Shown: piece by piece, positions 29,670-39,818 of the stretch
How the letters are laid out: every line of letters starts with the position of its first letter
How positions within the stretch are numbered: the stretch's first letter is position 1
NCBI GenBank assembly: GCA_963781585.1
Contig: CAWAGQ010000008.1
Location: forward strand, 224,001-288,000
Direction: 5' to 3'
Length of the DNA: 64,000 nucleotides
From: an uncultured Gemmatimonadaceae bacterium
GTDB lineage: Bacteria; Gemmatimonadota; Gemmatimonadetes; Gemmatimonadales; Gemmatimonadaceae
The notes under the pieces: model-generated
What the model was told of the DNA's origin: nothing
What the model saw: the letters and a program-made list of their open reading frames with translations, nothing else
Databases searched by the model: none
Made by a program: the position numbers and the translations under genes

Positions 29670-30449
29670 CTACCGCCGGCTGTTCGAACCGGCGGCCGGC
29701 GGAAGGCGCCGGAGCACGCTCTCCGCACTCAACACGCCTAACGCCGCACCCGAGAGTACGTCGCTCGTCCAGTGGTCGTTCTGATAGATGCGCGAAATCC
29801 CGACCAGCGTCGCCGCACCAAAGAACACCGCCCTCAGCGCCGTGCGATGACGCGGATGCGCCCCGCCCAACTGGCTGGCCAGCGCCGTCGCCGCCGCGAA
29901 CGCCCCGCTCGTGTGCCCGGACGGAAACGACGTGTGGCTCCCGTCGAAGAAGCCGCGCCCCGGATTGTACATGTCCGGATCCCCAGGATGACTCTTCGGC
30001 CGCCCTCGGCCGATCAGCCCCTTCGTCAGCTCCGTCAGCACCGCGCTCAGCAATACGGCATGCGCCGTCACCCCTCCCACCTGCTGCATCACACTGTCAT
30101 GACTCACCCGACCCACCAGCCACAGCGTACCACCCGTCACCAGCGGCGCCGCGCCACCGATCGAACTCACGTCCAGCGAGGCGTGCCGCAGCGTCGCCCC
30201 GCCGTGCGCGTTCAGCTCCTGCGACGCGTCCGACAGCCGAGCATCGAACAGTGACACCGTCGCCGACGCGGCCAGCGAGATCGCTCCCGCCACCATCAGG
30301 GGACGAATGCTCGCAGCCGGAGTGGGGACGCGCGTCGCGACGGTGTCAGCGCCCTGTGCCGAAACCACCCGACCGATTGCGGCTCCCATCACTATCAACG
30401 TCAACCCACAACACCTCGCAGCCATTGCCACCTCGTCGAACGAGCGCAT
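29670..30449 (-). CDS. PAP2 family phosphatase
   Basis: 'KGLIGRGRP', 'SFPSGHT' and 'SRIYQNDHWTSDV'. Confidence 0.88.
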   Translation of the reverse strand: MRSFDEVAMAARCCGLTLIVMGAAIGRVVSAQGADTVATRVPTPAASIRPLMVAGAISLAASATVSLFDARLSDASQELNAHGGATLRHASLDVSSIGGAAPLVTGGTLWLVGRVSHDSVMQQVGGVTAHAVLLSAVLTELTKGLIGRGRPKSHPGDPDMYNPGRGFFDGSHTSFPSGHTSGAFAAATALASQLGGAHPRHRTALRAVFFGAATLVGISRIYQNDHWTSDVLSGAALGVLSAESVLRRLPPAAGSNSRR

Positions 30450-30536
30450 GCCGAGCCTGCCACTCGTCTAAGACTCGGCCCCCTCGCGCCGTGTCGCAAT
30501 GGCGGAACTCCGGAATCAGGGCTTCCCTCGCGGGAT

Positions 30537-33029
30537 TCACCTCCACCGGAGAACGCTGAGGATGTCGGAATAGTCATCCGTCCACACTCGGGTCGCCGGC
30601 TCAGGCGGGAGCGGGGTCCAGTCGGGCTGTCGCAACAGCGTCGCCAGCGTCGCCGGCTTTCTCGCCAACACCACCCACCGGCTCCCGTAGTAGAGCTTGA
30701 GCCGCTCCTCCGACGTCACATCGCGGTCGCCCACCGCACCGGGAATCCGCGCATCGTCGGCCAACCCGGTCAGTACCGGGCGCAAGTCCACGTATCGATT
30801 GCTGATGTGGAATGCCACCTCTCCACCATCCCGCAGCTTCCGGAGGTAGAGCGCCAGCGCCTCGCGGGTGAGCAGATGCGCCGGGATCGCATCCGAGGTG
30901 AACGCATCCAGGATGATCAGGTCGAACTCGGAGTCCGGCGCCTGCGTCAACGAGAGCCGCGCGTCTCCCAGAACGATGTCGATCGTGGGCGGGCAGTCGC
31001 GAATGTAGGAAAACAGAGAAGAGCGGGCGATCCGCACCACCAGCGGATCGATCTCGTAGTACGTCCAGCGCTCCCCCGTCCTGCCGTAGCACGCCGTCGT
31101 CCCCGTTCCCAGTCCCACCACCGCGACCCGCCGCAGACCACCTGACGTCGCCACGTTCTCGAAGATCTGGCCCAGCGGACCGCCACGGAAATAGTACGTG
31201 ATGGGCTCCAGCCGCCGATCGGGGTCCGTGCTCTCGGCACCGTGCGTCGTGGTGCCGTTTTGCAGCACCGTATACTCGAGGATCTGCCGCACCCGGTACA
31301 CGCCGAAGAAGCTGCGCCGTTGGAAAATGATGTCGCTGTTGGCTGCATCAGCGAACCGGGCCCCTCCGTAGATCGCGAACGCGCCGAGCGCCAGCCGGAA
31401 TGGTCGCTTCCAGAAGACGGCCACAACCAGCGCCGCCGCGCCGAGAAATATCTGCGTGCCGTACAGCCCCCACTCGTCAGGCGGTTTCGGAAGCCGGAAC
31501 CCGCCCCACACCGCCGCACATACCAGCGCCGGGAACAGCAGGTCCAGCAGCAGCACACGCCGGCTGCCGAACTGCCGTGAGAAGGACGGCCGCAATCCGA
31601 ACGCGATCACCAGCGCGAACGGATACTCGATCAGCGTGTCGTACAGTTGCGGCGCCAGGATGACGTTGAACACGCCCCCCAGGACCCCGCCCAGAGACAT
31701 CCACAGATAAAACTCGGTCAGATGCTCGACTCTGGGCCGGCTGTCAGCCAGCTCCCGGTGACAGACCATCGCTGTGACGAAGAACGCCAGGAGATGCAGG
31801 GCCGCCTGCGTCGTAATCCGACGCCCCGGGCCGGCGCAGATGGACACCATCAGGGCGAGCCCTAACGCCAGCTGCAGGAACAGCATGAAACTCCGCCCGA
31901 GTGGAGGCCGCCGCGAGAACACCAGCACGAAGGTCAACAGGTACAGCGCGAGTGGAATGACCCAGAGGAAGGGAACCGACGCGATATCGGTGCTGAGATA
32001 CGTCGTCACTCCGATGAGCAGACTCGACGGCGCGAACGCCAGCAGTACCCAGCGCAGTCGCCAGTGCCGATTCGGGACGATCGTGGGTCGGCCCACAGGC
32101 TTCATCGCGGCGTCCGGCACAAACGCGTCGGGCTGGCTGGCGTCGGGCATCGTCGTGTCTGCGGCTGCCTCGCCGCCATCGCTTGCCGCGCCGACATCGG
32201 CGGCACCGGCAATCCCTGCGCTTGCCCCCGCTTGCGGCCGTACCGTCCCCGCATCAGCACTCGCGGTACGCGGCTTCACTACTGCCGCATCCGCCGGGAC
32301 CGAAACCACTGGTGCCGTTGCACGCGGCCCGCGCAGCAGGTACGTCACCACGGCGCAGAGCGCGATCAGCGCGATGAGAAAATAGTAGATCTCCAGCCAC
32401 GACACGGTCTGCTCGGAAACACGCAGCCTCGGCTCGATCAGGAAGGGATACGCCAGCAGCGCGGCGAAACTTCCGAGATTGCTCGCCGCATACAGGAAGT
32501 ATGGATTGTCCGCTGCCCGATGGCGCGTGGACGCAAACCAGCGCTGCAACATCGGCGCTCCCGCCGCCAGCAGAACGAACGGAAGTCCCAACGACACCGT
32601 CAGAAGCCCCAGCAGCCAGGGAATCGGCAGCACCGTGCCGTTCGGGTGCGACCAGGTCAGTGGCACGTGGATCGGCAGAAGCGCCAGGGAACCCAGCAGC
32701 AGCAGCAGGTGCACGCCGGCCTGCACCTTCGGCGACCAGATACGCGACGTTAGGTGTGCGTAGAGATACCCGGCCAGCAAGGCGGTCTGGAAGAACAACA
32801 GGCAGGTGTTCCAGATCGCCGGAGACCCGCCCAGCAGCGGGAGTACCATCTTCGTGAACATCGGCTGCACGGCGAACAGGAGCGCCGCATTGAGGAAGAT
32901 GGCCGAGGCAAACGTGACCAGCAGCAGCGCCGCTCTCGTTCCCGACAGGGAGCCCACGTCCTCCCCGGTGGTGGGACCAGTGACAGTCTGCAGGGCCGCT
33001 TCGGCCACCACCGGCGTTACCTCCGACAT
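30537..33029 (-). CDS. Fused MFS-like membrane domain/spermidine synthase-like SAM-dependent domain protein
   Basis: 'LPLLGGSPAIWNT', 'PYFLYAASNLGS', 'VVGLGTGT', 'YEIDP', 'GDAR', 'LDAFTSDAIP' and 'WTDDYS'. Confidence 0.9.
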   Translation of the reverse strand: MSEVTPVVAEAALQTVTGPTTGEDVGSLSGTRAALLLVTFASAIFLNAALLFAVQPMFTKMVLPLLGGSPAIWNTCLLFFQTALLAGYLYAHLTSRIWSPKVQAGVHLLLLLGSLALLPIHVPLTWSHPNGTVLPIPWLLGLLTVSLGLPFVLLAAGAPMLQRWFASTRHRAADNPYFLYAASNLGSFAALLAYPFLIEPRLRVSEQTVSWLEIYYFLIALIALCAVVTYLLRGPRATAPVVSVPADAAVVKPRTASADAGTVRPQAGASAGIAGAADVGAASDGGEAAADTTMPDASQPDAFVPDAAMKPVGRPTIVPNRHWRLRWVLLAFAPSSLLIGVTTYLSTDIASVPFLWVIPLALYLLTFVLVFSRRPPLGRSFMLFLQLALGLALMVSICAGPGRRITTQAALHLLAFFVTAMVCHRELADSRPRVEHLTEFYLWMSLGGVLGGVFNVILAPQLYDTLIEYPFALVIAFGLRPSFSRQFGSRRVLLLDLLFPALVCAAVWGGFRLPKPPDEWGLYGTQIFLGAAALVVAVFWKRPFRLALGAFAIYGGARFADAANSDIIFQRRSFFGVYRVRQILEYTVLQNGTTTHGAESTDPDRRLEPITYYFRGGPLGQIFENVATSGGLRRVAVVGLGTGTTACYGRTGERWTYYEIDPLVVRIARSSLFSYIRDCPPTIDIVLGDARLSLTQAPDSEFDLIILDAFTSDAIPAHLLTREALALYLRKLRDGGEVAFHISNRYVDLRPVLTGLADDARIPGAVGDRDVTSEERLKLYYGSRWVVLARKPATLATLLRQPDWTPLPPEPATRVWTDDYSDILSVLRWR

Positions 33030-33075
33030 GCCCGCGAATGTGATGCCCGGCCCGCGCCACGTCCATCAGCGGATC

Positions 33076-33206
33076 TAGACGCGCGCCTACCATCGCGCGT
33101 AGACGCGCCCACCATCGCGCGTAGACGCGCCCACCATCGCGCGTAGACGCGCCCACCATCGCGCGTAGACGCGCCCACCATCGCGCGTAGACGCGCCCAC
33201 CATCGC
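33076..33206 (+). repeat. Tandem array of 22-bp unit TAGACGCGCCCACCATCGCGCG, about 6 copies (REP-like, GTAG plus palindrome)
   Basis: Variant first copy 33076-33099, four exact copies 33100-33187, partial copy to 33206. Confidence 0.95.
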
Positions 33207-33510
33207 AACAGCGACATCGCGCCTGTTCCATGGTTGGACGACCGTCACTGCCAGCCGTGTTTCCGCCGACCACCTTCGCCGGTTCGCGTCATGCGGCCAG
33301 ATTGCGCTGGCCAGTTGCCGGACAGCCGCGAGTCATCCCACAGCCACCGCGCCTTGTCCCGCCCGACTGGCCACTGCGAACCCTCGCCTTCCTTCTTCGC
33401 TCGCATGGATCCACCCCTCGGCTGGCTGGTGGTCGGCTTCCGCTGCACCGTATACAGTCCTAGTCTCCTTTCCACTGAGATCCGTCGCCGTCTTCAATCC
33501 TCTTCCTCCG

Positions 33511-35145
33511 ATGACTTCTCGCCGGGACTTTCTTCAGCAGAGTGGGGTCGCCGTCGGCGCCATTGCCCTTGGCGGGGCTCTTCGCGCCGCTGATGCCGCA
33601 GTTCCTGCTCCACCCGCCACCCCGCCTGGCCCCGATGCACCGGCAATGGACGCCGCGGTCAAGGAGCTTCTCATGGAGGCGCTCAACGCCGCCAGGCTGG
33701 CCGGAGCGACCTACGCGGATGCCCGAATCGCCCGTTACCTCCAGCAGTTCATCCAGACCCGCGAACAGCAGATCCAGACGGTTGCTGACACGGATTCCAT
33801 CGGGTGCGGCGTCCGCGTGCTGATCGCGGGAACCTGGGGGTTCTCCGCCACCCGCGAGCTCACGAAGACGGGAGTCGCCGGCGCCGCACGCGAAGCGGCC
33901 GCCATCGCCCGCGCCGACCGCGTGGCGCGCGATCACGAGGTCGAACTGGCTCCCACCCCGCCGGTAACCGACGCTACCTGGAAGAGTGCGTTCGAGATCG
34001 ATCCATGGACCATCCCGCTCGAACAGAAAGTCGACGTGCTGCTCAGGGCCAACGCCGAAGGAATGAAGGCGAAGAACGTGAAGTACGTGTTCAGCGGCAT
34101 GTTCTTCCGCAAGACGCAGCGCGACTACGCCGACACGAACGGCTCGGTGATTTCCCAGACCATCGTGCAGAGTTGGGCGCCCCTCCAGTTCACCGCGGTG
34201 GCACCGGACTTTTCCGACTTCCAGAACCGCGGCAACATGACCGCGCCCATGGGGCGCGGCTATGAGTACGTCACCGCGCTGGACTTGGTTGGCAACGCCG
34301 GCAAATGGGGCGACGAAGCGAGCCAGAAGCTCTCCGCCAAGCCGGTCGAGGTCGGACGATATGACCTGGTGCTCCATCCCTCACACCTCTGGTTGACGGT
34401 GCACGAATCCATCGCGCATCCGACCGAACTGGACCGCGCGTTAGGCTACGAGGCGAATTACGCCGGCACCAGCTTCGTCGCGCCCCCCGAGAAGTTCCTC
34501 GGCACATTCCGGTACGGTCCGGAGTTCATGAACATCCGCGGCGATCGGTCACAGCCTGGCACCCTCGGTCAGATCGGCTTCGACGACGAGGGAGTAGCGC
34601 CGGATGATTTTCTTATCATCCGCAACGGAATCGTCAACGACTATCAGACCACCCGCGAGCAGGCGATGTGGCTGAAGTGGTGGTACGATGCGCAGAAACG
34701 GCCGGTGCGCTCGCATGGCTGCTCGTACGCCGACAACTGGTCCAGCGTGCAGTTCCAGCGCATGCCGAATGTCTCGCTCCTGCCCGGCGAGAAGGACCTG
34801 TCGTTCGACGACCTCGTTGCGGCCACCGACCGCGGCATCGCCATCATTGGCGACGGGTCGTTCTCCATCGACCAGCAGCGCTACAATGCGCAGTTCGGCG
34901 GACAGCTCTTCTACGAGATTCGTGGCGGCAAGATCACCGGCATGCTCAAGGACGTCGCGTATCAGATGCGCACCCCGGATTTCTGGAATTCCATGGACAT
35001 GCTGGGCGGCGAATCGAGCTATCAGATCGGTGGATCGTTCTTCGACGGCAAGGGACAGCCGGGGCAGATCAATGCCGTCAGTCACGGCGCCGTCCCCGCC
35101 CGATTCCGGAGCCAGAACGTGATCAACACCGGGAGGAAGACATGA
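33511..35145 (+). CDS. tldD: TldD metalloprotease subunit with Tat signal
   Basis: 'SRRDFL' Tat motif; 'HESIAHPTELDR' HExxxH; 'QRMPNVSL'; 'GKGQPGQ...SHG'. Confidence 0.92.
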   Translation: MTSRRDFLQQSGVAVGAIALGGALRAADAAVPAPPATPPGPDAPAMDAAVKELLMEALNAARLAGATYADARIARYLQQFIQTREQQIQTVADTDSIGCGVRVLIAGTWGFSATRELTKTGVAGAAREAAAIARADRVARDHEVELAPTPPVTDATWKSAFEIDPWTIPLEQKVDVLLRANAEGMKAKNVKYVFSGMFFRKTQRDYADTNGSVISQTIVQSWAPLQFTAVAPDFSDFQNRGNMTAPMGRGYEYVTALDLVGNAGKWGDEASQKLSAKPVEVGRYDLVLHPSHLWLTVHESIAHPTELDRALGYEANYAGTSFVAPPEKFLGTFRYGPEFMNIRGDRSQPGTLGQIGFDDEGVAPDDFLIIRNGIVNDYQTTREQAMWLKWWYDAQKRPVRSHGCSYADNWSSVQFQRMPNVSLLPGEKDLSFDDLVAATDRGIAIIGDGSFSIDQQRYNAQFGGQLFYEIRGGKITGMLKDVAYQMRTPDFWNSMDMLGGESSYQIGGSFFDGKGQPGQINAVSHGAVPARFRSQNVINTGRKT

Positions 35146-36557
35146 GTCCGTCTCGAGACACGCTCGGGTCCGGAGCGCCGCGTCGACTCATCGAACGCCC
35201 CGTGATCGACGTCCCGGCCGGCGCTGTGCTCTCGCGCGATGAGGCCCAGGCGCTCATCCAACGCGTCATTCGCATGTCGCACGCCGAGACGGTCAAGGTG
35301 ATCATCGGCGGCGGGTACAGCACCAATATCCGCTTCGCCGACAATCAGATTTCCACCGCTGGCAGCAACACCGACTTCAATATCCAGGTCGAGAGCGCCT
35401 TCGGCCCCAGGCATGCGATCGTGGTCACCAACGACACCAGCGATCAGGCGCTGAGCCGTGCGGTCGAACAGTCCGAGCGCCTCGCCCGCCTGTCGCCGGA
35501 CGACCCCGAGGCAATGCCACCACTGGCCTCCCAGACCTATCAACCGGTCGGAGCATACTTCGATTCGGCAGCCGACATGACGCCGGATGACCGGGCTGGA
35601 GTCGCGCTCACGGCGCTCGACCCGGCTCGCAAGGCCGGTGACCTCAAAGCCGCCGGCTTCCTCGTTCTCAATGCCGGGTGTACTGCGCTCGGCAACAATC
35701 ACGGCTTGTTCGCCTATCACCGATCCACCAACGCGAACTACACGCTCACCGTTCGCACCACCGACGGTACCGGCTCGGGTTGGGCCGGCGCCGAGCATAA
35801 CGACGCGGGCAAGGTCGCGTTCGGCGCCGTAAGCCGGCAGGCCATCGAGAAGGCCAGACTCTCCCGGCAGCCGGTCGCGATCGAGCCCGGACACTACACG
35901 GTGATCTTTGAACCGCAGGCTGTCGGCGACCTCTGCCAGCTCATCGGCTTCTACATGGATGCCCGCTCCACCGACGAGGGCCGGAGTCCGTTCGTCAGGC
36001 AGGGCGGCGGCACCAGGATCGGCGAGAAGATCATCGACCAGCGGGTCAGCATTTACGCCGACCCGTTCGACCCCATGGTGCTGGCCCAGCCGTTTGACTC
36101 CGACGGATTGCCGTTAGGCAGGCAGGATTTCATCCGCAATGGCGTGCTTCAGACGCTGTACTACTCCCGCTTCTGGGCGAAGAAGAAGGGCGTCGAACCC
36201 ACCGGAGCGCCCACCTCGTTCGTCATGAGTGGCGGCGATACGACCCTCGCGGAGATGATCGCCAGTACCCCGCGCGGCATTCTGGTCACCCGCCTCTGGT
36301 ATCTCCGCGAGGTGGACCCCAGGACCATCCTCTACACCGGCCTCACGCGCGACGGCACCTTCCTCATCGAGGACGGAAAGATCACCAAGGCCATCAAGAA
36401 CTTCCGGTTCAACGACTCACCCCTGATCATGCTCAACAACCTCGACATGATCGGACAGCCGGTGCGCCTGGCCGGCACGGAGGCCGGCGGTGCCGTGGTC
36501 GTGCCGCCCATCAAGGTGCGCGACTTCAACTTCACCAGCCTGTCGGACGCGGTCTAG
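35142..36557 (+). CDS. pmbA: PmbA/TldE family partner subunit
   Basis: ATGA overlap with tldD; 'RFADNQI', 'PGHYTVIFEP', 'TGLTRDGTFLIEDG' and 'FRFN'; no HExxxH. Confidence 0.88.
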   Translation: MSPSRDTLGSGAPRRLIERPVIDVPAGAVLSRDEAQALIQRVIRMSHAETVKVIIGGGYSTNIRFADNQISTAGSNTDFNIQVESAFGPRHAIVVTNDTSDQALSRAVEQSERLARLSPDDPEAMPPLASQTYQPVGAYFDSAADMTPDDRAGVALTALDPARKAGDLKAAGFLVLNAGCTALGNNHGLFAYHRSTNANYTLTVRTTDGTGSGWAGAEHNDAGKVAFGAVSRQAIEKARLSRQPVAIEPGHYTVIFEPQAVGDLCQLIGFYMDARSTDEGRSPFVRQGGGTRIGEKIIDQRVSIYADPFDPMVLAQPFDSDGLPLGRQDFIRNGVLQTLYYSRFWAKKKGVEPTGAPTSFVMSGGDTTLAEMIASTPRGILVTRLWYLREVDPRTILYTGLTRDGTFLIEDGKITKAIKNFRFNDSPLIMLNNLDMIGQPVRLAGTEAGGAVVVPPIKVRDFNFTSLSDAV

Positions 36558-36576
36558 ACGGCGAGACGGAACGCCC

Positions 36577-38151
36577 TCACCGGCGCTCCGTCTTCTCCCG
36601 CCGCAGCAGGGCGCGCCCGGCCATGACCCCGGTCACCCGGCCGTCCTCCACCGCCGGCTTGCCATTGACCCACACGTACCGCACCCCCACCGCCAGTCGC
36701 TCGGGCTCCCGATACGTGGCACGATCCGCGTACGTCAGGGTGTCCAGCACCACCACATCGGCAAAGTATCCCTCGCGGAGCAGCCCGCGCGCCGCCAGCC
36801 CCAGCTCCTCCGCCGCCAGACGGCTGCTGCGCCGAACCGCCTCCGCCAGCGACATCACTCCCTTGCCGAATACGTACTGGTGGAATTTCCGCGGAAACGT
36901 GCCGTACTTGCGCGGATGACCGTCCGATCCGTCCGACCCCGTCATCACGAAATCCTGCTTCATGAAATTCACGATGTCGGATTCCTGCATGTTGAAACTG
37001 GCAATGCCGGCACCGCCCGTCATGATGATGTCGATCGCCGCCTGGATCGGATCAACGCCTCGCGCTGTCGCAATCTCGGCCAGTGTCTTGCCCACCAGAT
37101 CCGCCCGCGACTGGTCCGTGATCAGAATCGCTGCCGCGCCACCGCGACGGCGCAGATTCTCGCGCATATCCCCTTCCAGCCGGGAACGCGTCGCGCCGTC
37201 GGCCACCCGGCGCCGCAACGAGTCGCGCCCCCCGGCTTCGGCCCACCGTGGAAGCAGCGACGCGCTCACACTCGACCCGCTCGCCGTATACGGATACTGA
37301 TCGGCCGTCACCCGCTCTCCCGACGCCCGGGCCGCACGTATCATCGCAATGATCGAGTCGCTCATCCCCCACACATCCGTGCCGAGCGCCTTAATGTGCG
37401 AGATGTGCACCGCCACGTGCGCCTCACGCCCGATTCGCAGCGCCTCCGCTACCGCCCCCGACAACCCGATCGTGTACGAACTCTCGTCGCGGAGGTGCGA
37501 GTCGTAGACTCCGTCCGGGGTGATCTCACGCGTCAGCGCGATCACCTCCTCCGTCGTCGCATAACTCTGCGGAGCGTAGTACAACCCCGTGCTCATCCCC
37601 AACGCGCCATCGGCCATCGCCCGCCGCACCAGTCCGCGCATCGAATCGAGCTGTGCCCGTGTCGGCGTGGCCGATGACAGGCCGAGCAGCCGTTGACGCA
37701 CGCTGCCGAATCCGATGTACAGCGCGGCGTTCGTACCGATCCCTTGCCGCTCCCAGTTCGCCAGTGTACCGCCGACGTCTACCGGCCCGCCCCCATCGTT
37801 GCCGGTGATCGTGGTCGTCACACCCTGCAGCAGATACGGCGCGTTGACGCGCCGGCTCGAATCACGGCTCCCCAGGTCCCCCATCACGTGCGCGTGCGGA
37901 TCGATGAATCCCGGAACCACCACTAGCCCCTCGGCATTCACGGTCCGCACCGCCGTGATCCCTGCGCGCGCCGCGTCGCCGATGAATGCGATCCGATCAC
38001 CCCGGATGCCGACATCGGCGATCCGCGGCGCACTGCCGCTGCCGTCCACCACCAAGCCACCCCGCACAAGGATGTCCAACCGCCCACTGCCTTGCGCAGC
38101 CAATCGGAGGGTCACGCTCCACACAGCGAGCGCCGCGACCCCGAGTCGCAT
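36577..38151 (-). CDS. N-acyl-D-amino-acid deacylase (amidohydrolase family), secreted
   Basis: 'PGFIDPHAH', 'GMSTGLYYAP', 'SHLRDE', 'HISHIK', 'DQYPY', 'GSDG..HPRKYGTFPR' and 'GYFADVVV'. Confidence 0.9.
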   Translation of the reverse strand: MRLGVAALAVWSVTLRLAAQGSGRLDILVRGGLVVDGSGSAPRIADVGIRGDRIAFIGDAARAGITAVRTVNAEGLVVVPGFIDPHAHVMGDLGSRDSSRRVNAPYLLQGVTTTITGNDGGGPVDVGGTLANWERQGIGTNAALYIGFGSVRQRLLGLSSATPTRAQLDSMRGLVRRAMADGALGMSTGLYYAPQSYATTEEVIALTREITPDGVYDSHLRDESSYTIGLSGAVAEALRIGREAHVAVHISHIKALGTDVWGMSDSIIAMIRAARASGERVTADQYPYTASGSSVSASLLPRWAEAGGRDSLRRRVADGATRSRLEGDMRENLRRRGGAAAILITDQSRADLVGKTLAEIATARGVDPIQAAIDIIMTGGAGIASFNMQESDIVNFMKQDFVMTGSDGSDGHPRKYGTFPRKFHQYVFGKGVMSLAEAVRRSSRLAAEELGLAARGLLREGYFADVVVLDTLTYADRATYREPERLAVGVRYVWVNGKPAVEDGRVTGVMAGRALLRREKTERR

Positions 38152-38391
38152 CCACCGGCATGGGCCGGCAGTCCGACTGAAAGAGAAACGAGCCTTCACC
38201 GACATGCCGGCCAAACTATGGCTTGGCATCGGGGAGAGTCAGGGGCTCCGGCCAGGATTCCCAACCGGCCACGGTTGCCCCGTCGCGCACCTCAGCGCAT
38301 CGTAGCCCACTCCCTCGACGAGACCAGCTTGATGCCATCGATCCGATCCGCCCAATCACCGACCTCGCTGTCGACACGCCTGGCGCGGTCG

Positions 38392-39801
38392 ATGCGGTCG
38401 CGGGGCGTCCGCTCCCCAGTCCACGAGCTCCGCCCGGTACCCGCACAGCACCGGCAGCGCCGCCGGTGCCTGTCCGCGCTGCTCCTGGCTGCGCTTCTCG
38501 TCGCGCTTCCATCCAACCTCCATGCACAGCGGCTCCGGGATCGTCTCTCGCAGCTGTTCATCTTCGGTCCGGGAGAGGAACCCCTGTTCCTGGCCGGAAC
38601 CGCCACGGCTTCCAACCCGGACATCATCCGCATCCACGGCAATCACTTCGTCCCGTCCGCCGTGGCGGAGAACGGATCCGTCATCGGGTTCGTGACCGGC
38701 GCCCTGGCGTCGCGTGTGGCAAGTGTTCCCATCGGCGCGACCACGAGCGGCGAGACCTTCCGTTTCGAAGGCGGCGTCCCGGTCAGCACGTCCACCTCTG
38801 CCGGTCCGGTATTCGCCGAACGGGCCCAGACACTGGGACGCGGCCGCGTGCTCGCTGGCTTGAACCAGACGAATCTCACGTTCACGTCGTTGCGAGGGGT
38901 CCCACTCAGCGGCCTGCACCTCACGTTCACACATGAGAACGTGAATTTCGACGGGTGCAGCGAACAGCAAGGAGATGACTGCGCCAAGATGGGTGTGCCG
39001 GTGCTCGAAAACGATCTCATGCAGTTCGATCTCGGCCTGGACATTCACGTCGCTGTCACCTCGTTCTACGCCACCTACGGAATCAGCGACAAGGTCGATT
39101 TCGGCATCGTGCTCCCTCTCATGCGCACCACCATCACCGGTCGCAGTGACGCCCGGATTCAGCCCTTTGGAGGCACGACCGCCACGCACTTCTTCGCCGG
39201 CACGCCCGAGAATCCGGTGCTTGAAGCCAGTCGCACCATCTCGGGTTCGGCATTCGGCATCGGCGACGTCGCCGCCCGTCTCAAAATCAATGCTCGCCAG
39301 ACTCCGAACAGCGGTGTTGCCTTGCTCTTCGAAGCCCGCTTCCCAACTGGCGACGACGCGGATCTGCTCGGCTCCGGTCACTTCGGCGGCCGTGCCCTCG
39401 CCATTCTGTCGTCCACCATCGGGGCGTTCTCCCCGCATTTCAATGCGGGATACCTCTACACCGCCGACCGCACACGAAACGACTTCGTGGTTGCCACCGC
39501 GGGGTTCGATCAGCTCCTCGCCAAGGGGGTGACCATGGCCGCCGACGTTGCCGGAGAGTTCCAGGTCGGCGCGAGCAAACTGATCCTGCCACGCCCGGTC
39601 GTGTACGACTCGCCGTTCCATCGCACCGTGAACCCGACATCGATCCCTGACATCCGCGATGATGTCATCAATGGCAGCTTCGGCCTGAAGTACTCGACGC
39701 CGAGTCGCGTCACACTGGTCGCCAACACCATATTCCCGCTCAACGACGGCGGTCTGCGTGCGCGCCTCACCTACACGTTAGGTATCGAATACTCCTACTG
39801 A
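38392..39801 (+). CDS. Outer-membrane beta-barrel 'transporter' (MetA-pathway/phenol_MetA_deg-like); start uncertain
   Basis: Signal peptide; 'GPVFAERAQTLG', 'GIGDVAARLK', 'PTGD' and C-terminal 'LGIEYSY' aromatic barrel signature. Confidence 0.65.
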   Translation: MRSRGVRSPVHELRPVPAQHRQRRRCLSALLLAALLVALPSNLHAQRLRDRLSQLFIFGPGEEPLFLAGTATASNPDIIRIHGNHFVPSAVAENGSVIGFVTGALASRVASVPIGATTSGETFRFEGGVPVSTSTSAGPVFAERAQTLGRGRVLAGLNQTNLTFTSLRGVPLSGLHLTFTHENVNFDGCSEQQGDDCAKMGVPVLENDLMQFDLGLDIHVAVTSFYATYGISDKVDFGIVLPLMRTTITGRSDARIQPFGGTTATHFFAGTPENPVLEASRTISGSAFGIGDVAARLKINARQTPNSGVALLFEARFPTGDDADLLGSGHFGGRALAILSSTIGAFSPHFNAGYLYTADRTRNDFVVATAGFDQLLAKGVTMAADVAGEFQVGASKLILPRPVVYDSPFHRTVNPTSIPDIRDDVINGSFGLKYSTPSRVTLVANTIFPLNDGGLRARLTYTLGIEYSY

Positions 39802-39818
39802 CCCGCCGCAGCGTTTCC

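Noticed and set aside
33076..33206. Possible CRISPR array
   Set aside because: Units are contiguous with no unique spacers, and there are no cas genes in the window.
34668..35141. N-terminal extension of PmbA overlapping tldD
   Set aside because: GGAGG RBS and ATGA coupling at 35142 give the real start.
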